The translations under genes and the position numbers were made by a program. DNA of 64,000 bases from an uncultured Planctomycetota bacterium. GTDB taxonomy: Bacteria; Planctomycetota; Planctomycetia; Gemmatales; Gemmataceae. The notes beneath the pieces are model-generated. The model saw only the letters and a program-made list of their open reading frames with translations. It was not told the origin of the DNA and did not search any database. The stretch lies in assembly GCA_963849325.1 (NCBI GenBank), contig CAWKHF010000012.1, positions 896,001-960,000 of the forward strand. Reading direction: 5' to 3'. Positions within the stretch are counted from its first letter, which is position 1. Each line of letters opens with the position of its first letter. Below, piece by piece: positions 30,734 to 41,032 of this stretch.

Positions 30734-31832
30734 ATGACCTTGCGGTGGTGGAGGAGAGGGCTTTTCTCGGTCTGCGCCGCACTGTTCCTGTTTTCGCTTT
30801 TCCTGCTGATCGCCAGAAAGAAATTCCCCGAAGCGTCCGCCAACGGAGGCAGCAGTACGTCTTCGCCTGCGGCGGAGCGCGCGGAGACCAAGTACGCGCT
30901 CGAGCACGACTTCGGCATGGTGAAGCCGGAGGAATCGCTGACGCACCGATTCCACATCCATAACGACACGTCCCTCCCCTGGACGGTCCAGAAAATCCAT
31001 AGCATGCTGTGCTTGCACGGTCGGCCGGCTGTCCCGGCCCGTTATCCCTCCGGGCGAGAGCGGGGATGCGGAGTTGACGTACCGAGCGCCCTCCGACGAG
31101 GGCAACGATCAACGCACGGTCACGATCGAGTTTGAAGACGAGAACAGCCCTGTTTACGCGCTGACAATTCGGGCGCGCATTCGGGAGCCGTTGAGCATCG
31201 ACCCCAAGCAGCTTAACTTCCCCCACGTTAACAGGGGGCAAGAGGTTGCGAACTTTCTGCAAATCCGCAATCACACGGAGCGGGACATCGAATTGTCCTC
31301 CGTCCAATCGGACTGCCCCTGGCTCTCCGTGGACCGTCCGATCCTGGAAAACGTCAAGGGTCCGGCGGGAGAGGCGCGGCAGGTCTGGCGTGTGCCGGTG
31401 CGGGCGGTAACGCACGACCTGCCTTCGGGATGGCACGAGGCCAAGGTGGAGGTCCGGACCAGCGACCCCAAGGCAGGCAGCAAACAGGTCGCCGTGCATT
31501 TGCAGGTCAACGAACCTGTCGAAGCCTGTCCCGCCCAGATGTTTTTCGGGACCATGCCGGCACAGGGGACGGCCCGCCGCCTGGTTCAACTGCGTTTCTC
31601 CTCGGAACAGGCGGCGCCGGCCGGCCCGGAAGCGATTGTCCTCCGGCACGACTTGAACGAGACGCTGCGGTTGACTTGCCTGCGGCGAACGGCGGCATGC
31701 TGGGAACTATCCGGGACCATCGCGGCAGGGCAGAATCCGGGCGTGATCCAGGGAACCATCGAGGTGAGCTTTCCCGGTCTCGCGCTCCCATCGCTGAAGA
31801 TTCCGGTCCTGGCCCGAGTGGAGGGACCATGA
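30734..31832 (+). CDS. DUF1573 (Ig-like) membrane-anchored protein; frameshift(s) near 31000-31070
   Basis: N-terminal TM, HDFGMV...HRFHIHN, then P.QLNF and P.QMFFG repeats in the second frame. Confidence 0.75.
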
Positions 31833-32559
31833 GCATCTGGAAGCGATGCCTGGGGCTATTGGCGCTGGCCGTCACTGCGACCTGCTGGTCCGTGGCCGGG
31901 ACCGCGCAAGGCCGCGCTGACGAGAAATCGGAAGATCCGCCGCCAACGGAGCGCCCCGCTGGCGACATGGTTCTGTGGTCCGCGCTGCGTGCAATTTCTC
32001 TTACGCCACTACGATCGCGGCCAGGACGTGGATCTGATCGACCTGGCGCGAGACGCAGTGGCCGAACTTTGAAGCCGGAGCGACGCTGGACGCGCTGGAG
32101 CGCGCTCTGCAAAAGCGCGGGGTCTACACTTGTGCGTTGCGGATCGATCCGCGCGACCGCCTGCGCTGGCCCTATCCGGTCCTCATGCATCTCAAGGGTC
32201 CGTCCGCGCTGGGGCATTACGTTGTCTGGCTGCCCTCGTCGGCAGAGGAAAGGGCGGAGGTCTGGGCAGGCCTGTCCGGGATTCAAGCGGGCGACGCCGA
32301 CCATTTGGCGGGGCGGCGTTCGGGGGTGATCTTGCTGACCTCCTCGGAGCCGATTGCCCATCCGGAAGCAGCCGTGTACCGGCCTATGCGCGTGTGGCCC
32401 TGGCTATTGGCCGCCGTCAGCTTTGCCCTCACGCTGGCGCTCTTCAAGCCAGGCGTTTATCGGCCGCTGCGGCAGTTGGCTCGAAGCATGATCGGGAAGG
32501 ACGGAAAAAGCTGCGCTGACTCTGAGACTGTCAGCAACGCGCCGGTTCGAGTTTCCTAA
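31829..32559 (+). CDS. Stand-alone exported C39-like cysteine peptidase with C-terminal TM; two apparent frameshifts (about 31970 and 32050)
   Basis: Signal peptide. A third frame reads FCGPRCVQFLLRHY (CGPRC at 31974-31988). The protein then continues QWPNFEAGATLDALERALQKRG...PVLMHL...GHYVVW and a TM helix. ATGA overlap with the upstream gene. Confidence 0.75.
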
Positions 32560-32579
32560 CCATGAAAGGTGAGTGTCCG

Positions 32580-33167
32580 ATGAAGAGCCGAGTGCTGGTT
32601 GCGTTCGTGGCGGCGATCAACGTGATCGCCCTGGCCCTGTTGCTCGATTCATTCGCCGGGAGGACGCCTTTGCCTCTCGTTGCGGCGGAAAAAAAGGTTG
32701 TTCGGGGAGGGCAATGCTATGAGACCGTTACCAAAGCCTGTAAAAAGGTAAACACCCGCTGCGACAAGCAGGAGTGCAGTGAAACGAAGATTGTAGACCA
32801 GACGTTTCACAGCTGCCCGGCCGGTTCAAACCAGGACAAAACCATCCCCGATAAGACGTTCCCAGGTTGCAAAAAGGTCAAGAAGGGGTCGGCAGACTGT
32901 TATATAAACACCTATCCATGCATCAATCGCGGCCCTTGCGTAACGGTAGGTCTGAAACAATGCAAGAAGGTTGAGGTCAGGGATCCAAAGAATCCCAAGA
33001 AGCTTGAGACTAAATATTACTGCCAGTACCAGGGCCCAACAGAGGAGCTAAGCAACTTTGGCTTTTATGCCGGGGGCGATGCATGTGATGTCAGCCAGCT
33101 TGACCTTCCGGTCGATACGGCGGTCGCGCTTGCCAACGGGCTGGAATTCAAGGTTTTCCACTACTGA
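32580..33167 (+). CDS. Secreted Cys-rich protein with a double-glycine-type leader
   Basis: Hydrophobic signal, LVAAEKKVVRGG, then a Lys-rich core with 12 Cys; AT-richer codons. Confidence 0.72.
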   Translation: MKSRVLVAFVAAINVIALALLLDSFAGRTPLPLVAAEKKVVRGGQCYETVTKACKKVNTRCDKQECSETKIVDQTFHSCPAGSNQDKTIPDKTFPGCKKVKKGSADCYINTYPCINRGPCVTVGLKQCKKVEVRDPKNPKKLETKYYCQYQGPTEELSNFGFYAGGDACDVSQLDLPVDTAVALANGLEFKVFHY

Positions 33168-33287
33168 GAAAGTGTTCTTGGCGAGCGAAGTTGCGTTAGC
33201 GCCTCGATTGTTTCTCTCAAGGCGCTGACGCAACCCAACTCGCCGGAGTTTTTCTCCATACGGGACACCGCAACAGAGGCCGCAATC

Positions 33288-34439
33288 ATGAAGAATTTTC
33301 GCCTTACCTTTCTCTTCCTCTGTGCACTGCTCATGGCGATACCTTTCGCATCTGGCGGCAACGCGCCACCCAGCCCAGGAAAAGAGATATTCCCTTTTGT
33401 CTGGGCGGGACTCAAAGATAATCGCGAACGCTTGCGTCGAGGCGCCTTCCGCGTCAAGGGACGCAAGATCGATGATGATCCCAGGGGACGACGCCTCGAT
33501 AGCGACATGACCATTTTTTGCGCCTTCGATTATGATAAGGATCTGTTCCGCTTCGATCGTGCGGAACCCGAATTCTTCACGAAAGAGCCCCTCGTCGATC
33601 GCGGCCAAGGACCGAAAGCCCTTGAGGAGCAGGGCCGGAAAATGAGGAGCGACCCAAAGGATTGGGTCGAAAGGAATGTCGGCGGCAAGTGGGCGAAATC
33701 GGAAACCCAATGCATCAGCTGGAGCATACAGGGCAACTCGGTCAGCATCTTAAGACCACATGAGGAGCCGGACTCCTCCTTAAGGATCTTCGACGTTCGC
33801 ACGCTAGGATTGTTAATTTGGGGCAACTTGGTGGACAGGGGCACTTCCTGGAAGGACACCTGTGAACTGTATCCGGAACTTCCTTTGGAAGCCGTTCAGG
33901 AACGCAAGGGTCTGTACCGTTTTCGCTGGGTTGAGAATGCCTCAATTCCTCTCCGCAAAACCCTGTGGGTAGACGAGGCACAGGGATTTTCGCCTGTCCG
34001 GCTGCACACGCAGGAGGGCCAAACCAGCAAGGATGGCATCAAGTGGTCCGAGCCGGATATAACGAGCGAAGTCGAATCCGTTTGCATTGGTGGAGTATGG
34101 GTGCCACATACCTTCCGCATCGAGACTCGTGAGTCTGCACCGTGGTTCCGGAGTTACCAGTGGACTTTCGCGTGGGAATCCGTCAATGAACCAGTCGCCG
34201 AGTCGCTCTTCACCGTCGAGGGCATGGACTTACCCAAAGGCACACCGGTGATCGATTATCGTCTCGGCGAGCCGATCCTCAAGGGCCGCATCGGCGAGGA
34301 GCCTTCATCGACGGCCGGCCAAACACCTCTGCCCGGTTTCCTGCGTCGCTATGGGCTCTGGCTTGTGGTGCTCGGCGGCGTGGCGGTCGCCTGCATCCTG
34401 GTCTACTGGCGCGTTCGTTCCCCCAAGCCAACCTCCTAA
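33288..34439 (+). CDS. Secreted beta-rich hypothetical protein with C-terminal TM anchor (possibly LolA-like)
   Basis: Signal peptide, FDVRTLG, LWVDEAQGFSPV, VWVP, SVNEPV...LF, terminal TM plus basic tail. Confidence 0.7.
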   Translation: MKNFRLTFLFLCALLMAIPFASGGNAPPSPGKEIFPFVWAGLKDNRERLRRGAFRVKGRKIDDDPRGRRLDSDMTIFCAFDYDKDLFRFDRAEPEFFTKEPLVDRGQGPKALEEQGRKMRSDPKDWVERNVGGKWAKSETQCISWSIQGNSVSILRPHEEPDSSLRIFDVRTLGLLIWGNLVDRGTSWKDTCELYPELPLEAVQERKGLYRFRWVENASIPLRKTLWVDEAQGFSPVRLHTQEGQTSKDGIKWSEPDITSEVESVCIGGVWVPHTFRIETRESAPWFRSYQWTFAWESVNEPVAESLFTVEGMDLPKGTPVIDYRLGEPILKGRIGEEPSSTAGQTPLPGFLRRYGLWLVVLGGVAVACILVYWRVRSPKPTS

Positions 34440-34473
34440 CGGGAGCCGCCGTAAGCGGCAGGCTCTTTCTATC

Positions 34474-35505
34474 ATGCTTATCCTCTTTCCGCGTACTGTC
34501 TGTCCGCATACCGGGGAGCCGAGTGACAAGGTCCGTCCACGCCATGCGTCGAGAAGCCAGCCAGGGTTTACTCTCGTGGAACTGCTGGTCGTTCTCGCCA
34601 TCATCGGGGCGCTCCTCGGCCTCTTGCTCCCCGCTGTCATGCGTGTCCGCGAAGCGGCGAGTCGGGCACGCTGCGCCAACAATATGAAGCAGCTCGCTCT
34701 GGCCGTCCATCTATATCATGACGACTTCCAGCGCTTGCCGCCCGGCGCGATCGGCCCCTATCAGCAGCCCGTCCCCGGCCAACTCTACTACGGTTGGGGA
34801 TCCTCCTCCTACGGATGGAGCTGGTTGTCCCGAATCCTTCCCTATGTTGAGCAAGCTCCCTTGTTTCAATTGGGAGGTATCCCGTCTACGACACTGGCCC
34901 AGAGCAACATTGCGGCCAGCCGCATCGTCCCCTTCCTCTGCCCCAGCGATACGGCCTACAACGCGCCTCCTCGTACCGATACGGGCAACCTGGAGGGCTT
35001 TCCGGTCGGCAACACCAACTACAAGGGGGTCAGCGGCTCCAACTGGGGCTACGACTCGTCCCAGAACGCCTGGTTCCCTACGCTGTGGCAGCACCAGGGT
35101 ACGAACGGCTCCTACGACGGACTGAGCCAGGGAGACGGAGCCATGTTCCGCATCGACATCTTCGTCCCCCGTGGACTGCTGGCCATCACCGACGGATCCT
35201 CCAATACCTTCTTGATCGGCGAGGACATTCCAGTCCTGAACAACTGGTGCTCCTGGCCTTACGCCACCCACGCTTACGGCACCTGCGCTATCCCTCCCAA
35301 TGCCGTGCAACCCAACGGTCAGCCCTTCGACCCCAACGAGTGGTACAACAATCACTCCTTCCGCAGTAGGCATCCTGGCGGCCTCCAGTTCGCTTTCGCC
35401 GACGGTTCGGTGCATTTCGTGTCCACCGCGATCAACCTCGATCTCTACCGCGCTCTGGCGACGATTCAGGGTGGAGAGGTCGTGGATGTGTCGCGGCTCG
35501 ATTGA
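34474..35505 (+). CDS. DUF1559 prepilin-type N-methylation protein with H-X9-DG motif
   Basis: GFTLVELLVVLAIIG.L.GLLLPAV..VREAA.R..C.NN.KQ and SRHPGGLQFAFADGSVHF. Confidence 0.93.
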   Translation: MLILFPRTVCPHTGEPSDKVRPRHASRSQPGFTLVELLVVLAIIGALLGLLLPAVMRVREAASRARCANNMKQLALAVHLYHDDFQRLPPGAIGPYQQPVPGQLYYGWGSSSYGWSWLSRILPYVEQAPLFQLGGIPSTTLAQSNIAASRIVPFLCPSDTAYNAPPRTDTGNLEGFPVGNTNYKGVSGSNWGYDSSQNAWFPTLWQHQGTNGSYDGLSQGDGAMFRIDIFVPRGLLAITDGSSNTFLIGEDIPVLNNWCSWPYATHAYGTCAIPPNAVQPNGQPFDPNEWYNNHSFRSRHPGGLQFAFADGSVHFVSTAINLDLYRALATIQGGEVVDVSRLD

Positions 35506-35560
35506 CTGCTCTCCGCAACTTCCGCGTAATTTCGAGAAGGGATGTCGGAAGCGATTCGAT

Positions 35561-38143
35561 TCACGAACGCAGATCGCGCTTCCAGCGGCGCACGGCCGCC
35601 ACGACTTGCTCCGGCGTCGCCTGGCTCAAATCGAACTCGCGCAGTGCTTGCAGGACCGGATCTTCCATGTGGGCGAACAGGCTGCGCTGCACGACGCGCG
35701 GCTGACGGATGCGGCCGGGTCGATCCGGCGCGTGGACGTGATGCGCCTCCAGTTCGGCGAGCACTTCGCGGGCGCGGACCAGCACTTCCTCCGGCACGCC
35801 GGCGCTGGGCCACGTGAATGCCGTAGCTCTTGTCGGCGCTGCCCGCGGCGATCTGGTGCAAAAACACAATGCCGTCGGCCCCCTCATGGACGCGCACGTT
35901 GTAGTTGCGCAGTCCCGGCAGACGCTCGGCCAGCTGCGCCAGTTCGTGGTAGTGGGTGGCGAACAGGGTGCGGCAGCCAATGCGATCGTGCAGGTATTCG
36001 GTGAGGCCCCAGGCCAGCGAGACGCCGTCGTAGGTGCTGGTGCCGCGGCCGATCTCGTCGAGGATGACCAGGCTGCGCGGCGTGGCGTTGTTGAGGATGT
36101 TCGCCGCCTCCGTCATCTCCACCATGAACGTGCTCTGGGCGCGGCTCAATTCGTCGCTGGCGCCGACGCGCGTGAAGATGCGATCGACCAGTCCGATCGT
36201 CGCTCGTCGCGCCGGTACGAAACTGCCCAGCTGGGCCAGGAGCGCCAGCAAGGCCGTCTGCCGTAGATACACCGACTTCCCGCCCATGTTCGGTCCGGTA
36301 ACGAGCAAAAAGAAGCCGTCGTCCGGCCCCATGGTTACGCCGTTGGGCACGAACGTGCCCGCCGGCAGCGTTTGATCGAGGACGGGATGCCGGCCGTCCT
36401 CGATGCGCAAGATCGGTTCGTCGCTCAGTTCGGGCCGGCAGTAGTTGCGTTCGGCCGCCAGCTCCGCCAGGGAGGCCAGCACGTCGAGCGTGGCCAGCAC
36501 TTCCGCCGTCTGCATCAGCCGATTCGTCTGCGCCGCCACGCGCTCACGCAGCTGCGCGAACAGCTCGTATTCGCGTTCCTGCAGCCGTCCCTCGGCTTGC
36601 ATGACCTTCTCGGCCATGTCGGACAGATCGCCGGTGATGTAGCGATCGGCATTCTTGAGCGAACGGTGCAACCGATAGTAGGCCGGCACCTTGCTCTTGT
36701 GGGTGTGCGTCACCTCGATGTAATAGCCGTAGCCCTCGGTGAAGCCGACCTTGAGGCTGGTGATGCCGGTATCGCGGGCTTCCTTGGCCGCATAGTCGGC
36801 CATCCACTGCTTGCCGCCGGTTTTCAAATCGAACTGGCGGTCGAGTTCCTCGTCGTAGCCACGGCGGATGATGCCGCCCTCGCGCGGACTGATGGGCGGG
36901 TCGTCCACCAGGGCGGACTCCAGCGCCTCGCGCAGCTCGGGGCACACTTCCAGCCGCCCTTCCAGGTCGCGCAACAGGACCGACTCGCGGTCCTTCACCT
37001 GCGCCTTGATGCGCGGCAGGAGGGCGAGTGTCCGGTTGACCGCGGCCAGGTCGCGCGGCGAGGCCCGTCCCGTACACACCCGCGTCGTCAGCCGCTGCAA
37101 ATCGAGTACGTCCGCCAGGCTCTCGCGCAGCTCTCGGCGCGGCCCGTGTTCGCCCAGTAACTCCTCGACGGCGTCCAACCGGGCGCGGATGGCCGGACGC
37201 TCGGCCAGCGGGGCCAGCACCCAGTCCTGCAACAGACGCGCCCCCATCGGCGTCATGGTGCGGTCGAGCACGGCCAGAAGCGAGCCGGTGCGGGCATTGT
37301 CGCGCAGGGTCCGCGTCAATTCCAGACTGCGGCGCGTCACCTCGTCCAGATACAGGAAGCGCTGCTCGGAGTACGGCCGTAGGCGGCTCAGGTGGGCGAG
37401 GCTGGCCTTGAACGTTTCCTGAAGATACAGCAGCAACGCCCCGGCGGCGTTCAGGGCCGGCTGGTTGTCGTCGAAGCCAAAGCCGGCCAGGGTGCTGACC
37501 TCGAAGTGGCGGAACAGGGCGCCGCGCGCCGTCGGAGAATCGAAGGTCCAGTCCGGCCGGGGCGTGAGGATCAGCCGCGGCATCGCCTCGCGGACACGAT
37601 CCAGCAGTCGCTCCGTCTCGGCGGTGAGGGACTCGGCGCACAGGCACTCCGATGGGGCCAGGCGCAGCACCTCGTCGGCCAGGCGTTCGCGCGGCACGTC
37701 GGCCGCCTGGAACAATCCGGTGGACAACTCGACCCAGGCCAGGCCGGCCGGCGTTCGTCCGCCCGGCGGCGTCAGCGCGATCAGGTGATTGGCCCGTCGC
37801 GGATCGAGCAGGTCGTCCTCGGTGAGCGTGCCGGGCGTGACGACGCGGATGACCTCGCGGCGAACCGGCCGGCCTTTCACCTGCCGCGGGTCTTCCATCT
37901 GCTCGCAGATGGCGACGCGGTGGCCGGCTTGCAGCAGTTTACCCAAATAGCGATCGAGGGCGTGATATGGCACGCCCGCCATGGGGATTTCCTTGTCGCG
38001 GCGGGTCAGGGTGATGCCGAGCAGTCGAGAGCCGACCTCGGCGTCCTCCTCGAATAGCTCGTAAAAGTCGCCATTGCGGAACAGCACGATCGTACCGGGG
38101 TGGCGTCCTTGGCCTCCCGGTACTGCTGCATCATCGGAGTCAT
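35561..38143 (-). CDS. mutS: DNA mismatch repair protein MutS; apparent frameshifts near 38100 and 35805
   Basis: MTPMMQQY, FRNGDFYELF, TGPNMGGKS, STFMVEM, DEIGRGTS, FATHYHEL, SYGIHVA. Confidence 0.95.
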
Positions 38144-38148
38144 GAGTA

Positions 38149-38286
38149 AATAGGGAATAGGGAATAGGGAATAGGGAATAGGGAATAGGGAATAGGGAAA
38201 AAGGAAGAAGGTGGAGAAGGTTCGGGGTGTCAAGGCAGGCATTGCCGGCTTTTCTTCTCCCTAATCCCTATTCCCTATTCCCTATT
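38149..38286. repeat. Inverted heptamer arrays (AATAGGG)7 and (CCCTAWT)4
   Basis: Seven perfect units at 38149-38197; four units at 38259-38286, the last containing the stop codon of the anti-sigma gene. Confidence 0.92.
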
Positions 38287-38752
38287 TTTTGCCGTTACCG
38301 CCGCGGAAGACCTTGCGCAGAGTGACGCCGTTGCCGCGGTCGTTGTAGGCGACCTCGGTCATGTAGTGGCGCATGAGCATGAGGCCGCGGCCACAAGGGC
38401 GTTCGAGGTTCTCGAAAGCGGTGGGATCGGGCACGTCGCCGGGGTCGAAACCAGCGCCGTCGTCGCTGATCTGGATGTCCAAACGGTCGGCATGGAGTTG
38501 ATAGCTAATGCGCACTTTCTTGGTGCGGTCCATCTGGTTGCCGTGCTTGATGGCGTTGACCAGGGCTTCCTCGAGGGCCAGTTTGATGCTGAAGATGTCG
38601 TGCTCGTTGACGCGACGGGCCAGAAGGAGCTGTTCGACCTCATCCTGGACGCGCCGGGCCTCGGCCGGATCGCTCGGGATGGAGACGTCCGCGGCAACTT
38701 GCTGGCTGACGTCGCGCTGCGGTTTCATTTTGTCCGCGATGGTTAATGGCAC
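38282..38752 (-). CDS. Anti-sigma factor / Ser-Thr kinase, RsbW-like (HATPase_c_2)
   Basis: LALEEALVNAIKHGN, ISDDGAGFDP, GRGLMLM. Confidence 0.9.
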   Translation of the reverse strand: MPLTIADKMKPQRDVSQQVAADVSIPSDPAEARRVQDEVEQLLLARRVNEHDIFSIKLALEEALVNAIKHGNQMDRTKKVRISYQLHADRLDIQISDDGAGFDPGDVPDPTAFENLERPCGRGLMLMRHYMTEVAYNDRGNGVTLRKVFRGGNGKK

Positions 38753-38804
38753 AGATGGACCTCCCTGACGATCGGTTGCTCCATTACAACCGCGTAGACA
38801 AGCC

Positions 38805-38854
38805 CGGAAGAGGAGGGCCGGGCCCGGTTCGTCAACGCTTCGCCTCCTCTTCCG
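38805..38854. other. Intergenic hairpin between the STAS and anti-sigma genes
   Basis: CGGAAGAGGAGG ... CCTCCTCTTCCG. Confidence 0.5.
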
Positions 38855-38944
38855 CCGTCTCAGTTCCAGGTGTCCGAGCCTGGTGAGCGATCGAGTGATC
38901 GATCTCCTTCGGTCACGGCCGAAACGCCGGGCATAGCCTCGGCG

Positions 38945-39307
38945 TCAGAATGCCTGCAGCGCGGCCTGCTCCTCCTTGACGATGTGGAAGAACTTGTCTA
39001 GCTTGGTGATCTCGAAGACTTCGTAGATTTGGGGATCGATGTTGCACAGAATCAATCGGCCGCCCGCCGTTTGCAGCTTCTTGTTGAGCGTGATGAGTTT
39101 GCCCAGCGCGGCGCTGGACAGGTATTCCACATTGCCGAAGTTCAACAGCAACTTTCGCAAGCCCTCGGTGTCCACCAGACTGAACAGCTGGTCGCCGATA
39201 ACCTGTATGTTCTGTTCGTCGAGGATCTTGCGATCCACGAAGTTGACCACGGTGACATCGCCGATGTGCTCCACCTCAAGACGGCGGCGGCGCGGTTGCG
39301 ACGACAT
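38945..39307 (-). CDS. STAS-domain anti-sigma factor antagonist
   Basis: LLNFGNVEYLSSAALGKL, IYEVFEITKL. Confidence 0.92.
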   Translation of the reverse strand: MSSQPRRRRLEVEHIGDVTVVNFVDRKILDEQNIQVIGDQLFSLVDTEGLRKLLLNFGNVEYLSSAALGKLITLNKKLQTAGGRLILCNIDPQIYEVFEITKLDKFFHIVKEEQAALQAF

Positions 39308-39459
39308 GGAAGACTCCTTGGAAGGAGCATTGTCCTGCCCGATGCCCCAACTCCGAAACAACCAAACCCAACAGGCGTAGGCGATTAGAGGAGCAGTTCC
39401 CTTGATGTTAAAGTGCGGCTTTGCATTGTCAAGCGTTTTCCTGTCCGAATGTCCAATTC

Positions 39460-41000
39460 GTGTGAGCAGCTGAAGAGTTGGTAGAACTTTTGTCCAGGAC
39501 GTGCGAAAATCGCGGTATGATGGCAACTTCACTCTGGCGAAGGAGTATCCCATGTCGCTGCACGAGCCTTTGAACGCGGAATTGGAAGCCCAAGCCCAGG
39601 AACTGGCGGCACGCATTCACGCTCGTGCCGACAGCGACATCCTGGCCCTGGCGCGCTTGCTGGTCAGCAAGGGCGACACCGAGGTCTTCGGCGATACCGA
39701 GTTTGAAGCCCGCAACATCGTCCATCACCTCGGCGCCGTCGCCCTCCAAGAGCGCTTAAAAAAAAGCTCGGCTACCAAGGATCGGGCATCGATTGCCCCG
39801 GCTGTCAGCAGTCCGCGAAGTTCCAGGGATACCGCCCGAAAACGCCGTTGAGCCTGCTGGGACAGGTTCCCTGCCTGCGGGCCTATTACTACTGCGGCCG
39901 TTGCGGGTATGGGTTGGCCCCCTGGGATAGGGCGGTCGGCTTGACGTCACGCTCGTTCACCCCGGCCACCGAGCGACTGGTCGGCCTCGCCGGCACCTTG
40001 AGCGACGGCTTTGAAGAAGCCGCCACGAAGGTGCTGCCCGAGATGGCGGGTCTGCGGGTCGCCGAAACCACCGTGCAGCGGACGACCGAAGCGGCTGGCC
40101 AGCGCGTGGCCGATCACCTGCGTGCGGGCGGCACCTGGGCCTTTCCCCATCCTTGGGACTGGTACAAGGACGCGCGGGGTCGCACGTGCGCCTAGGTCGG
40201 CATCGATCTGACCGGCGTGCGTCAACAGGCCAAAGACGGCGGCAAGGCCGAGGGACGCATGCCCTATGTGGCGATGATCTTCAACCCGGTCCCGGAACTG
40301 CCCGAGGACTCGCCACACCAACCCCCGACGGACGCCCGCATGCAGGCGCGTTACCTTTCCGGCTTGTACGACCTCGATTCGTTGGGGCTGGAATTGCGCA
40401 AGCAGGCGGGCCAAGTCGGCATGGACAAGGCGGAGGTGTGGATCGGCCTGACGGATGGCGGTAACGGCCTGGAAGAATTTGTGCGCCGCAATTTTCCCCG
40501 CGATGCCGTGCTGATCCTCGACTTCTGGCATGCCAGTGAATACCTCACGGAGTTGGGCCAACTGCTCTACCCCGCCGACGAGGAGACGCGGCAGCGTGTG
40601 GTTGGGGAATGGTGTCGAATGTTGAAACGCGAGGGGGGCGCCCGCGTCCTGGAAATCCTGGAAGCGCTACCCACTTCGCGCAAGCCGGCGGTTGGGGAGA
40701 AGCAGACTGCGACGGTGAACTACTTCCGCAACAACGTGCATCGCATGGATTACCCGACCTATGTAGGCAATGGCTGGTCGATCGGTTCGGGTGCCGTGGA
40801 GTCGGCTTGCAAGACGATCGTCGGCCAGCGTCTCAAGCTGTCGGGCATGCGCTGGCGGGAATACGGCACCGACACCCTCTGTCATTTGCGGGCTCTGTTC
40901 AAGAGCGAGACAGGGCAATGGCAAGCCTTCTGGCGCCGCTCCCCACCGCGAATGGCCGCAGCCTGAACATCGGTTCTACCAACAGAAGAGACGCCTACAC
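39460..41000 (+). mobile_element. ISKra4-family insertion sequence, probably inactive
   Basis: Transposase 39552-40966 with a frameshift at TTAAAAAAAAG (about 39756-39766), CPGC, RAYYYCGRC, GIDLTG, LTDGGNG, LDFWHASE and IGSGAVESACK, plus an in-frame TAG at 40193. Imperfect terminal IRs GTGT...GTTGGTAGAAC (39460-39487) and GTTCTACCAAC...ACAC (40973-41000). Confidence 0.85.
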
Positions 41001-41032
41001 GCAACCCGAAATCTCTTTCCGTGAGGATGACC

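Noticed and set aside
29243-35520. Terminal repeats bounding the six-gene island
   Set aside because: Only weak partial matches were found, so no boundary repeat is supportable.
38149-38197. Short repeats considered as a CRISPR array or telomere-like seed
   Set aside because: There are no spacers and no cas genes; these are simple heptamer tandems.
40193-40195. In-frame TAG as pyrrolysine or stop-codon reassignment
   Set aside because: It is a single case inside a transposase, and TAG serves as a normal stop elsewhere in the window.
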